Shown one piece after another: positions 36,058 to 47,800 of a stretch of 64,000 bases of DNA. The notes beneath the pieces are model-generated. The model saw nothing but the letters and a program-made list of their open reading frames with translations, searched no databases and had not been told where the DNA came from. The stretch is taken from the NCBI RefSeq assembly GCF_037042905.1, contig NC_087250.1:13580001-13644000 (forward strand). Reading direction: 5' to 3'. This DNA comes from Lytechinus pictus. Lineage: Eukaryota. The position numbers and the translations under genes are program-made. How positions within the stretch are numbered: the first letter of the stretch is position 1; each line of letters opens with the position of its first letter.

Positions 36058-36109
36058 TGACAATTTTTCTTTGGTGGCTCAGCCGAAGTTGAATAGTAAT
36101 AATGATAAT

Positions 36110-36381
36110 TGTAATAATAATTATGTAAGATATTTGTATAGTGCACATATCCACCTTAACTGTTGGGTGCTGCTATGTTACCCCTGCTTAGCTTCTGGTG
36201 CTCGCAGCTTTTTTTGAGGAATAACTTCCTGCGGGTACCCATTTACCTCACCTAGGTTGAGTGCAGGATATTTTGGATCATTTTCTTGAGCACTAAAGGA
36301 AATAATGCCATGGCTGGGATTCGAACCCAGGACCCTCTGTTTTAAAGCCTGGAGACTTGTCCACTGGACCACAACGCTCCA
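36110..36381 (-). mobile_element. tRNA-derived SINE immediately 3' of the TRDMT1 stop codon
   Basis: Same family as 27730-28018: ggagcgttgtggtccagtgg...gggttcgaatcccagcc; a partial copy lies at about 36900-37045. Confidence 0.8.
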
Positions 36382-36439
36382 CAGTCTCTTCGGACTACAG
36401 AAGTCTATCGTAATATGTCCATTATATATAGCACAGGTA

Positions 36440-36855
36440 AGGCCACCGCACACCTTACAACTGTTTGCGATCCGATTTTGGAACAAATCGCATTTTGCTC
36501 ATTTTCTGAAAATGTGAATGGAACATATCATTTTATTTGAGGTTAAAATTAATTGAAAGAATACTTAATATAACCATTTTGAAAGATTGCAAGCCTTTAT
36601 TTTGGAGTAAAGGCCAAATTAGTTTCAAATCGTAGCCAATTGTACGACTGCTATGACGTCATTGCGACTAGATATTAAATTTGATTTTATTCTAAGAAGG
36701 ATGATAGCATAGTCACAGATTTGAACATAGGTATTCGTGCGATGATTTAGAACATTACATAGTAAGATATTCCAAGTCTAAATATTAGCATCAAATTCTA
36801 CTACATTTTATTCTGAAATCGGGTCGCAGACCAATCGTAAGGTGTGCGATCGCCT
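36440..36855. mobile_element. Harbinger-like MITE
   Basis: aggccaccgcacaccttac / gtaaggtgtgcgatcgcct, with TA-rich flanks. Confidence 0.7.
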
Positions 36856-38212
36856 TTACAGCATGCATATTATCCTAACTGCCTGTTACTTGGTATCATA
36901 CTGTTACCCCGGCTTTCACTGAGCCACCATGTAGGTGGTAAAGCATTTCAAGGAATAAATCCTACTGTGTGCCCTTTCACCTCACCTGGGTCAAGTGCAG
37001 CACAATGTGGATCAATTTCTTGCTGAAGGGAAATATGCCATGGCTGTGATTAAAATCAATTTGATGAAGTAAAGACCCATCTTTTCAAGCAACTTTATGA
37101 TAAATGTATGACATATTGTGGGAGCCGGCGCCGTTGGATATTTCTTAGGGGTAAATGGCACGTTACAAAAGTTGTTCATGTTCATCAGTAGGAAAGAAGA
37201 GGTTCACCCAGGGTTCACCATTAAAAATGTAGAATTTCCATGAAACTATAGCAAGAGTGAAAAGTTGTGCTTGTCAATAATTAGATTAAAAAATCAGGAC
37301 CTTTAAAATTTGAGATGCTTTTTATCTTAGCTGAAAGTGATTGATGAGCACTGTCAGATTAGTTTTGAAGAGAACATGCTATGCAGGGTTGATTTTCATT
37401 TGGTCCAATGCCAGTTTGTCCAATTACCCACTCGTCCACTATCATTTGGTCTACCATCAGTTCATCCAATATCCATATGGTCTAATTGCCATTTAGTGCA
37501 CTCGCCATTTTGTCTAATAACCAGTTGGTTCATTAGCCATTTAGCCCACATTTGGTCTAATTAGACTTAGTGTTAATTGGGCAAAACGAATGAAAAGAAA
37601 ACAAATATTAGACCAACTGGTTATGAGACAAATGGTCATAGACGAACTGGTGATACGACGAAGTGATAATTGGAGCAAATGGTTATTGGACCAAAACGGT
37701 TGTTAGACGAAATGTTGATGGATGGAATGGCATTAAAGACTAAATGAAGCTAGATCATGTGGTGAGTGGACGAGTTGGCAATTTACCCTCTGCAGAGTAT
37801 TTCATCAGCATATATCATTGGATAAATGCCAGATCTGACAACTTACCCTTGATGTTGATTGGCTGAGAAGCACAGGAGTTTGACAGGGGCAAAACCAGGG
37901 GAGCGTTTCATCAACATTTATGTCCGACAAGTTGTCAGATCTGACAACTTTCCTTGATTCTGATTGGCTGGAAAGCACAGTTACTATGGTAACTGTCGGA
38001 TAAAACAAAACTTGTCATATAAAACGTCCGACAAGTCCTTTCATGAAACGCTCCCCAGGAACCCCCTTTTTTGTACAAAAAAAAAGTCTTCATTCCCAAT
38101 CAATAGTGATTTATGTCACCAAAAAAAATGTGTGTATGCGCAGCGTTTTCCACTACCTGCATGGGTCCACCACTGGTCGGGTAAAAAATTCTTGATAAGA
38201 TAAAAGCCTTCA

Positions 38213-38808
38213 TTAAAGGACAAGTCCACCTCAACAAAAAGTTGATTCGAATAAAAAAGAGCAAAATCCAACAAGAATAACACTGAAAATTTCATCAAAA
38301 TTGGATGTAAAATAAGAAAGTTATGATGTTTTGAAATTTCGCTTAATTTCACAGAAGCTGACAGAACAGTTATTATATGCACATCCTGTTTGGTGTGCAA
38401 ATGAGGCGACTGATGACATCCTCCACTCACTATTTCTTTTGTAATTTATTATATGAAATGTGAAATATTCTTATTTTCTCCTCTCTTTCATGTGAAGGGA
38501 GTTTTATTCCTCCCTGAATATGTGGAATTACCATAATTTTAACATTTTGTGGTTCAGTCAAGTTGGTCCTTATTGTCAAAGTTTTAAAAATTGAAATATT
38601 GTATAATTCTAACAATAAAAAACAAAAGAAATAGTGAGTGAGGGACATCAACTATCTCATTTGTTGTCACTGGCTGGTACATATAACTATTTTGTGAAAA
38701 ATAAGTGAAAATTTGAAATGTCATAACTTATTTTACATCCGATTTGGATGAAATTTTCAGTGTTAGGTTTGTTGGATTTTACTCTTCTAGGGTGTTCTTG
38801 ACCTTTAA
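38213..38808. mobile_element. TTAA-flanked Kolobok-like MITE (related copies at 40763-41206 and 41990-42542)
   Basis: ttaaaggacaagtccacc / ttcttgacctttaa; long inverted arms. Confidence 0.7.
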
Positions 38809-39876
38809 CCATTCCCATGATATCTGACAATGTTACTGACATATTAGTTTTATTTCTGAAATATTAATTTGTAAGTATCCTGCCCAGTATCGTGTTTTGA
38901 CAATACAGTAAGTGTGTCTTGGAACAAGGAAAAAATATGGCATTATTATAATGTTAAATTGTAATAAGGTATTTTGCAAATAAACGGATGAAAAGAATTG
39001 TTTTGCTTCGTGCTTTCGTTCATTGCCTCAGTTTATGTAGGTTCAGCATGCAAATATTTGCATGCTGAACCTTTTGTGAGGGTATTTGTGATGTTGCACT
39101 ACCAACAGAATCCATAGTAGTTTAACTGTGTAAAAGGTGTTCACTTGGTATGCACAAATCTGTGGGCTTTGGTGTGGTATTGTAATGAACAGGTTGTGGT
39201 TTTCGGTGAGTTTTGATGATGGACACTGAGCAGCCAGGAATAACGGACATATTTACTGGCATGAATATACCAGACACTGTATATCAATAGAACCTCTTCT
39301 GGGTGAGATCCTGGTGGATCACTTAATGACAGCTGTGACGGTAAATTGCCAATTTGTCTACTGCCAAAGCACCCACTCACCACATGGTCTACTTTCATTT
39401 AGTCTTATGTCGATCAACAATTTGTCTTACAAAAATTTGTCTACTATCATTTGGTCTACCATCAGTTTGTCCAATTTCCACATGGGCTAATTGCCACTTC
39501 ATCCACTCACCATTTCTTCTACTAACCAGTTGGTCCAATAGCCATTTAGTCCATATAACATTTGGTCTTGTTAGCTGTTAATTGGGCAAAATGAAATGGA
39601 TGTTAGACCAACTGGTTATGAGATGAAATGGTCATAGACGACCTGGTGATTAGACAAAGTGATGATTGGACCAAATGGTTATTGGACCAAATGGTTGTTA
39701 GACGAAATGTTGATGAACAGAACGGCATTAGACTTAATGAAGGTAGACCATGTGGTGAGTGGACGAGTTGGCAGTAGATGAACTGGCGATTTACCGTGTA
39801 TGTTGCGTATTTCTGTGAAGCCTGCTTTCCTTATTGCATCATTGATGTTAGTCCACATGCTTGCCAGTGCTGTTAA

Positions 39877-40270
39877 AGATAAATTCCAGTTTTGGTAACG
39901 ATCTAAAAATGACTTTTTACAGAATCTAATATAATGACCACCTAAGTGTCTGTTTGTATGAATAAAAAATATGTGCCAAAGGATTCTGGAAGAAATTGTG
40001 TGATTGCTGAGAAATAAGCAAAATAAGCGCGGATTCGGTCACTTCCGTCGGGTCTTTATTTTAGCAATAATAATACACTGTCTCACGTGTGCCTATCTGT
40101 GTTGGTGATCTTCAGTGTGAACATTTTTCAGCGTAGATTTCAAGATTTCACAAAGTTCAGTTTATGTAACTGTACCAGATCTAGATCCTCGATGATATAC
40201 TGACAATTAAGCCTTGTTTTACAGACTTTCTCATGAAATCAGTGTTTACTGCAAATACTGGAATTTCTCT
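39877..40270. mobile_element. 394-bp TTAA-TSD MITE, copy B
   Basis: TTAA at 39873-39876 and 40271-40274; near-identical to 10090-10483. Confidence 0.85.
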
Positions 40271-41374
40271 TTAAGTCATCTAAGGAGAAGTTCACCCTGA
40301 CAAAAAGTTTGTTGCAAAAATAATTAAAAAATATTGGTGAATAAGGTTTGAGGAAAATCCATTGAGATTAAAACAGTTAACATTTTTAAGTTTTTGATTA
40401 ATTGTGTGATGTCTACCACCTGCCCCATATGTTAAAAAAAATGCATAAATTTCAATTTTTTGAATGGTTCATGATGGCTAAATTATTTCTTCTTAGGAGC
40501 AGATGTGAAATAATTTGTTGATACCAGTAGTCTGAAGGTACAATAAACTGACTTTTTTCATTGTTGAGTGGGGGGGGGGGGGTGCAGATGTTGGGCCAAG
40601 ATGAATGTGAGGATCGATGATAAAAAAAATTGTCTTGGGAAGGGTGTGTTATGAAAGCCCCCGGCTATTGGGATTTGGGGGTTCCAGCAGGGCACATTTG
40701 GTGAAGGAATAAATGGAAACCAAATAACAATACAATTAACTTACAAGGAGAGACAGATATATCAAAGGTCAAGTCCACCCCAGAAAAATGTTGATTTGAA
40801 TAAATAGAGAAAAATCAAACTATAGGATAATGCTAAAAAAATTTCATCAAAATAGGATGTGAAGAAAGTTGTGACATTTTAAGTTTCCCTTTATATTTCA
40901 CAAAACACGGTGATATGCACAACTCATGCAGTGACATATGATGCAAATGAGACACTAGTCGATGATGTCCCTCGATCGATCACTCAGTATTTCTTTGTTT
41001 TTTATTGTTTTTTTTAACAGACTTGACAAAAAGGACCATCTTGATTGAACCATATATATTAAACAGTGCTCCACTCGTTCAGAGAGGAATTATAATTGTT
41101 GTTTCACTTAAAAATTAGGAGAAAATGAGAATTAATATTTCATATAATAAAATCCAAATTAAAGAAATAGTGATGGCATTTTTGGTATACGTGGACTTGT
41201 CCTTAAAAGGAATCAAATTTTTAAGAGATGAGAGGGGGAAAAGGGGAAGTGCATGAGCGACAAACGTAATAGAATAGGGAATAGGAAATACATTGATAAA
41301 GATGTGGAGATCGGGGTTGGGTGTGACTATGGAAGAGCCCCCCCCCCCAAAAAAAAAAAAAAAAAAAAAAACCC

Positions 41375-41555
41375 GCCTTATCCGCGCGGCGCGCACGCGG
41401 ATTACGCGATCAACGTCACCGCGTGATATGAAACTAGTTAACTACATGTAGCTTGCAAGAAAACACAGCACCGTAAGCAGTCCGACCAAGGCAAGAACAC
41501 GTCTTTGATAGGCCTATCATTTAATATAAAAAGGTCATATCACCACGAATTCATC
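41375..41555 (+). promoter_or_regulatory. Probable CTBS promoter/5' UTR (CpG-rich patch)
   Basis: ccgcgcggcgcgcacgcggattacgcgatcaacgtcaccgcgtga, about 150 nt upstream of the ATG. Confidence 0.45.
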
Positions 41556-41819
41556 ATGCTTGTGACATCGATAGTATTTCGGCAGATTTTCTTAAGTTTC
41601 ACTTTGTATGGCACTGTTTGGTGCTCCGACGATGCGAACTCAAAAAAAGGTAGCCGTGTTGGGCTCGACCTTGGAGTTGGAGCGGATCTTCAACAAGTAT
41701 GGCCCCGGAAGCTTCCCGTGGCCGTGAACATTTCCACCAGAAGACGTACGGCTGCTGGAAACTGTCCATGCTCCGATCCTTCTTGGTGCGATACAATAAA
41801 AACAACACGAAGCAAAGAG
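41556..41819 (+). CDS. CTBS: CTBS coding exon 1 (signal peptide, N-terminal extension)
   Basis: atcATGc start; MLVTSIVFRQIFLSFTLYGTVWCS...GNCPCSDPSWCDTIKTTRSKE; donor GAG|GTAAAA. Confidence 0.88.
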
Positions 41820-44800
41820 GTAAAATAGCTACTGAGGAGTGAGAGTGTGATCATCTGATCAAATCCACCCCAACTAAAACTAAAGTTCATTTGATTTTTA
41901 ATAAAAAGAGAAAAGGGCCTTATTATTGTGAAATTAGTCACCGCAATCGCGCAAACATGGCAAAGGCGCAGGCCATGAATGCTGTGAGAAAAGTCCAAGC
42001 CTTGACAAGCATAAGCCATAACACTGAAAATTTCATCAAATTTCAAAATCGGTAACAAAATAAGAAAGTTATGACATCTTAAAGTTTTGCTTAATTTCAC
42101 AAAACACATTTAGTGAGCCTGTTTAATGTTAGGCCTATATTGGTCGGTATGCAAATGAGGATCGAGACTGATGATCTGTCATCCACTATTTTTATTTTAT
42201 GAAATTCCTCCCTGAATCATGTGAATATGTGGAATTAGCATTGTCATGATTGTGGTTCACTCAGTCAAATTGGTCCTCATTGTCAAATCTGTAAAAAATG
42301 AAATATTGTATAATTTAAACAATAAAAACAAAAGAAATAGTGATAGACATTATTGTCTGACTCATTTGCATGTCAGTTTTGTCACAGAGATGTGCATATC
42401 ACTATTTTGAGAAAAATAAGCACATTTTAAATTGTCACAACTTTCTAAATTTACTTTGGATTTTGATGAAATTTTCAGCTTTTTGCAAGTTTGATTTTCT
42501 CTATTCAAATCCACATTTTTCTGGGGTGGATTTGACCTTTAATGTTTCCCAAAAAGCCAAGAGCAAGGCCAGGCCCATAGATCTACTAGATCTAATAATG
42601 GCGAGATACATGTATGTGATCTTGATCTTACAGAGTTGACTCATCAAGGGTATGTCAATACGTTCAGATGCATCATCTTGCCATGTACAAATTATTTTAT
42701 TTGTTTATTTATCTTTAATTTTATGTTTGTCTTTTTTTACCCAGGGTAGTATGTTCAGTGATTAAAACACTGTTCTCAACCAGGGCACTGCACATTAAGC
42801 ATAGTCTGTGTTATTTAACAATCATAGGCAGGGGCGGAAATCTCTCCCAAAAGGTAGGGGGGACAAGGGGCTGGAAAATTTGACAAGCAAAAAAAAGGTT
42901 ATCATCCCCAAAGTAAGGTCATATCTCGTCCTAAAATGTTTTATTTCGATTTTGAATGATGTATTTCTTACCATCATAATTACCACAAATAGTAGGGGGG
43001 ACATTTGATATTGTGTCCCCCCTACTATTTTGAGTAGGGGGGACACGTCCCCCTGTCCCCCCCTGGGATTCCCGCCCATGATCATACAGTAGGAACATAT
43101 AATTGACATTATTACGTTACAATACCATCTTGTTCCAATTTCTTTTCTTTTCAGATCTATCTTTTCTCTGTGTCCTCACACAATTGGCAACATTATGACT
43201 GGGATCACATCACAACGATCGCTATGTTTGGCTACTATGATCCTAAACTCATGTGCTTTGCTCATTCAAAGGGTGTAAGGGTGGTTGTTCTAGGTAAGAC
43301 CAAAATTAGGATCTAGCATGATCAGTATTCTAGCCAGATCCATAATAATGATAATACTCAATATTTATAACTGGCTTTTCCCACATGGCCCAAAGTGCTC
43401 ACAATTTCAGTTAACTTATTTATACAAACAAAAAATCAGAATGACATATTAAATGAAGGCAGTTGCCTTGAACAAAAAAGTTTTAAATAACTTCCTGAAT
43501 GACTCAATTGTTGGGGATTGTCTAATTGTGAGAGGGAGTTTATTCCATTCCTTTGAGGATGCAACGGTGAATGTTCTATCTCCAATCTGTTTTCTTTTAG
43601 TTGGATATAATGTTAATTTAAGTGGGTCTTCAGAGGATCTAGTTCTTCTACCTGGGACATAATAGTGGTGGTCGCTATTTCACAGCATTATACAATTTTT
43701 CATGCTGAGTTTTAATAGCGGTTTTAAAGCCAATAGTGAGGGAATATCAATGTAGGCCTAATAATTTGTTTATTTTCAAATCTGACACTAGCAAATTTTT
43801 GGAAATAAACAAATATTTAATGTAAATTATGCACATAAAACAAGATTGAAGATGGAAATGATCGCAAGAGCAATTCCTCTTTTCAAGGAGTTAGTTTTGA
43901 AACACTTTATTTGAAATTAGTGGTGGACGGAAGCAGTTTTTTTTTTTGCATGATGAGTGGTGGTCGAGAATCTTCTGTGCCGGTTGGGTCCGACAACTGC
44001 TGTCCACCGTAGCAATAACACTGTCTTGCATAATTGAAAGAAGAAATTTTACAGTTTTAAATACATAGTTTTGATAGCAGTGGCAAGAATTCATATTTTA
44101 GAAATTGGAGGAATGGTTTTCTTTTGGGGAGATTCAAACTTTTCCTATGGAAGGGAAAGTCCACTCTCAAGCTGAATGATTATAATGAAGCAGAAATATG
44201 AGGTAAATCAATGATAGTTATTAAAATATCAAACAGAATTGATAGTTCAAGTCATTTTTGTGTTCGTTTTGATTCTTAAAAACATCAATTATGCAGTAGT
44301 TATGTAATTTCTTTCCTTTAGAACTGGTGTTCTCTCTCATAAAATAAATGGTAAATGAAACTGTTCAATTATTTCTTTTTTAACCAGATGTCACATGATT
44401 TTCTAACTCATGAATATGCTCTTGTTATGTTAATATGAGTTTGGGTGGTCCTTTTCAGGACCAACATTTACCCAAGAAAGATACATGTACATGGTGTTCC
44501 GTGAAACCTACTACCATACACTATTCTTCTTCGCCAAGGACACCTTCAGAAGTTGTGTAATATTATGCAATTAGGTGAAGGTACATGTATTTGTAAAAAA
44601 AAAAATTTGTTGCCCATTTGAGGACTCAGAGTTGATGATTTTTGTTTTTCTTTTCTCAGGTGGATTTGGTGCTGACCTTCTGACCAATGTTACTGCTCAA
44701 GTTGAATGGGTGATGTCAAAGGTCAATTATGCGATTGACAATCATATGGATGGAATCAATCTGGACATTGAGTTCCCGTTGACCAAGGAAGAAGCTCCGT

Positions 44801-47800
44801 TACTGAACAGTATGGTTCAGATGACCACCAAGGTTTTCAAGCAATCCATTCCTTACTCTCAGGTACAGTAACTGATTTGTGTTTTACTATGAATAATAAT
44901 AACAATAATATGCAAAATTTACATAGCGCTTTAATAAAAATGTTTCTAAGCGCTGCATACTTTTACCCCGGCTTTAACACGGCTACCCTGATTGATGCGA
45001 CCGGTTACCCATTTACTACACCTGGTTGGAGAGTGGCAATTGTACATAAAAGCCTTGCCAAAGGACATGAGTGCTGTAGTGGGATTAGAAGCCCTGACTT
45101 TATATTTCAAAGTCTGGAGACTTGTCCACTGTTCCACATTACATGTAACTCTAGTAAAAATATATCAGAATTGGCTTTTAACAGAAATACAGTACATGTA
45201 CATACGTGTACCTCTCACACATGAAAATATAAGTATAAATAAGCGTTTAGGCAAGTCATGCCCAATTGGTTCTTTCTTCTTTTTTTTCTTTTTTTTTTGT
45301 TACTTGTACGTTAACCTCTATCACAAAGTGATGTTTAATCTTCCACATCTACCTCCTTTCTAACTCCATACATACTCTTTCCCTCTCTCATTTATATTTA
45401 ACTTCTCTCTTCTCCTCGACTCTTTCTGCATATAAAGTCAAACATCTCTTATTACTCAGATTTCTTATTTATTGTAACTTATGATGTGTGAAATCTAGAG
45501 AGAGATTGAAAGTCAAAATGATGAAAAACCTGTAGCCGTCAATTCAATTTGACTCTATTCAATAATTCAGTCTATAAAGCAATGGTTTTAAAAAATGTAA
45601 CTGAAAATTCTCCCATCTCATTTATGGTTGATTCATTACTTCATAATTTGAAGGAAAAAAAAGGAAGCAAAATATTGAAGCATTCAGAGAAGTTAATTTT
45701 CAACATTTCTGCTTTTAACAATGTATTGCAGAAAATTGTCTGGATTTTTTAAATTGGCAATAGGTATCATATTCACTGGTTTTCTTTTCAGGTAACATTC
45801 GATGTTGCCTGGTCACCAAACTGCATTGATCTGCGTTGCTATGACTACAAAGCCATCGCTGATGCGGTAGACTTTGTGTTTGTCATGTCGTATGATGAGC
45901 AGAGCCAAATCTTTGGCGACTGCATCGCGAAAGCTAACTCACCATATCACCAAACAGCACAAGGTATGTACACATATCTCTTACCACCTTGTTGAAGTTT
46001 AACCCTAAAAAGACTGGGCTATTTTGATGCCTAATACTGTTTTCAGTAACTCATAATTTTTGGAATACTGTTTTCAGTAACTCTTGATTTTTGGTCCGCA
46101 CCAGACTGGCACTAAAATAAAGTAGACAACCGCAAGTGTTCAGTAACTGTAGCAGATCCGTGCTACTTTTTATGGTACTTTTACGATGGCGCTGGTCTGG
46201 TGTGATTAAACCTTCCTTAAATTGACAAGTCCGTTAAGACCACTTTTCTTGTTTCCTTTTTTTTTTTTTTATAGAGGTGTTTAATAATAATAATAATTTA
46301 TTTGCGCTATACACAAAAAGTATCACAGCGCTTACAATTGTCAGAAATAAAATATAAATCTTAAGTAACAAAGAAGTATAGAATTGAATACATTAAATTG
46401 CATCAACTATTGGTGTTCTCAACTGCGCCAGATGAGGCCTGGTGGCCTCTTGCTTACTGCTTCGTTCACCAACAATTTAAGGGACAAGCCCGGTCAGCAC
46501 ATCATTCACAGAAGCTCTAGTATAGCACTTGAGGCCACCAGGCCCCAGATGGGTTAGCCAAGTCAAACCAAACAGTGATAGCAAAAATCATCAAAGCAAA
46601 TACATATTAAATAAATGAAAATAGAAAACTAGATATCTGGAAAAATATATGACTTGAGTTTTCGTTTGAAAGATGATATGGTCGGTGTTGTTCGAATGGT
46701 AGAGGGGAGTGTATTCCAAAGTCTAGATCCAGCTATACTAAAACGTTTTTCTGCTATGGAGAGGTTTGTTCTCGGAATAACAAGTTTGGTGGTATCATTC
46801 AGGGAACGTAGATTACGAGCAGGTGTGTAATGACCAATTGTGCTTAATGTTTTATATTTTTCTGACCGTATTTATTTTTGTTAACAAGGTGTTGAAGCAT
46901 TTCTCAAGCTTGGTATCCCTGCTAAGAAGATGGTTCTAGGTGTTCCTTGGTATGGCTACAACTACAAGTGTTTGATTGTATCCGAGGTAAGATATTAGGG
47001 AGTTTTAGCAATTCGGTGGATTCACAATCTATCGGTTGCAGCGGACTGGCCAATTTCTAACTTAACCCTAATTCTCCCGGGGGGGGGGGGGGGCATTATG
47101 GCCGCCCCCCCCTCGACAATTTTTGCGATATATCTGCTGCGCAAAATTTTTTGACCTCGCCGCTCACTGACTTTTTACTTTCAAGTCTCGCGCAAATTTT
47201 GAGACCAAATTTGTGACGCCCGGGTACGCGGTTACGACATTACGCAACATTATGTAAGTGCATGTCAGACCCAAAATTGCTCATAAACGTGATTTCATGT
47301 ACAAATCCAATGCAAATTGTGTATTTGGCCAAAATTCATGTATCATTATTTCTACTTTTAATGATCAAACTTTATTAATTTTGCCTTGTTTATGATTAGA
47401 ATTAAGTCTGGAACGATTTCCATTGAAAAAACAATAAAAAACAAAAATTTAAAAAACAAAGAAATACATAAGAAATTTAAAAAACAATAAAATACATAAG
47501 AAATCGGTCTTGGTACCAGAATTTTTTTCATTCACAATTGTTAGGAATGCTATAAAGAATATTTTCACCAAAAAATAGCATTCTAGGAGCTTTATTTAGT
47601 GAATCAGAGCAAAAAGTATGATTTCATGAATAAATTAGCATAATTAATTCAAATAAAATAAAAATATATGAATTCAGTGAAATTTACCAATGCAACTGCG
47701 TAGATTACGTCATTCTCTACCATCATGCAAATTTTCGTTGTGATCGCGCAATCCACGGCTGAGATCTTAAGGGGGGGCCATAATGGCCCCCCCCTCGGGA

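Noticed and set aside
41410..41430. CLEAR/TFEB element in the CTBS promoter
   Set aside because: gtcaccgcgtga lacks the CACGTG core; the tcacgtgac I noticed (about 16953) is in TRDMT1 intron 1
41505..41555. Longer CTBS N-terminus from the ORF track
   Set aside because: It starts at TTG; the ATG at 41556 has good context and begins the signal peptide
46450..46520. SECIS element or hammerhead ribozyme in the L2 3' UTR
   Set aside because: ATGA, AAA and TGA words are present, but helix spacing does not fit a SECIS. There is no CUGAnGA/GAAA core and no selenoprotein ORF.
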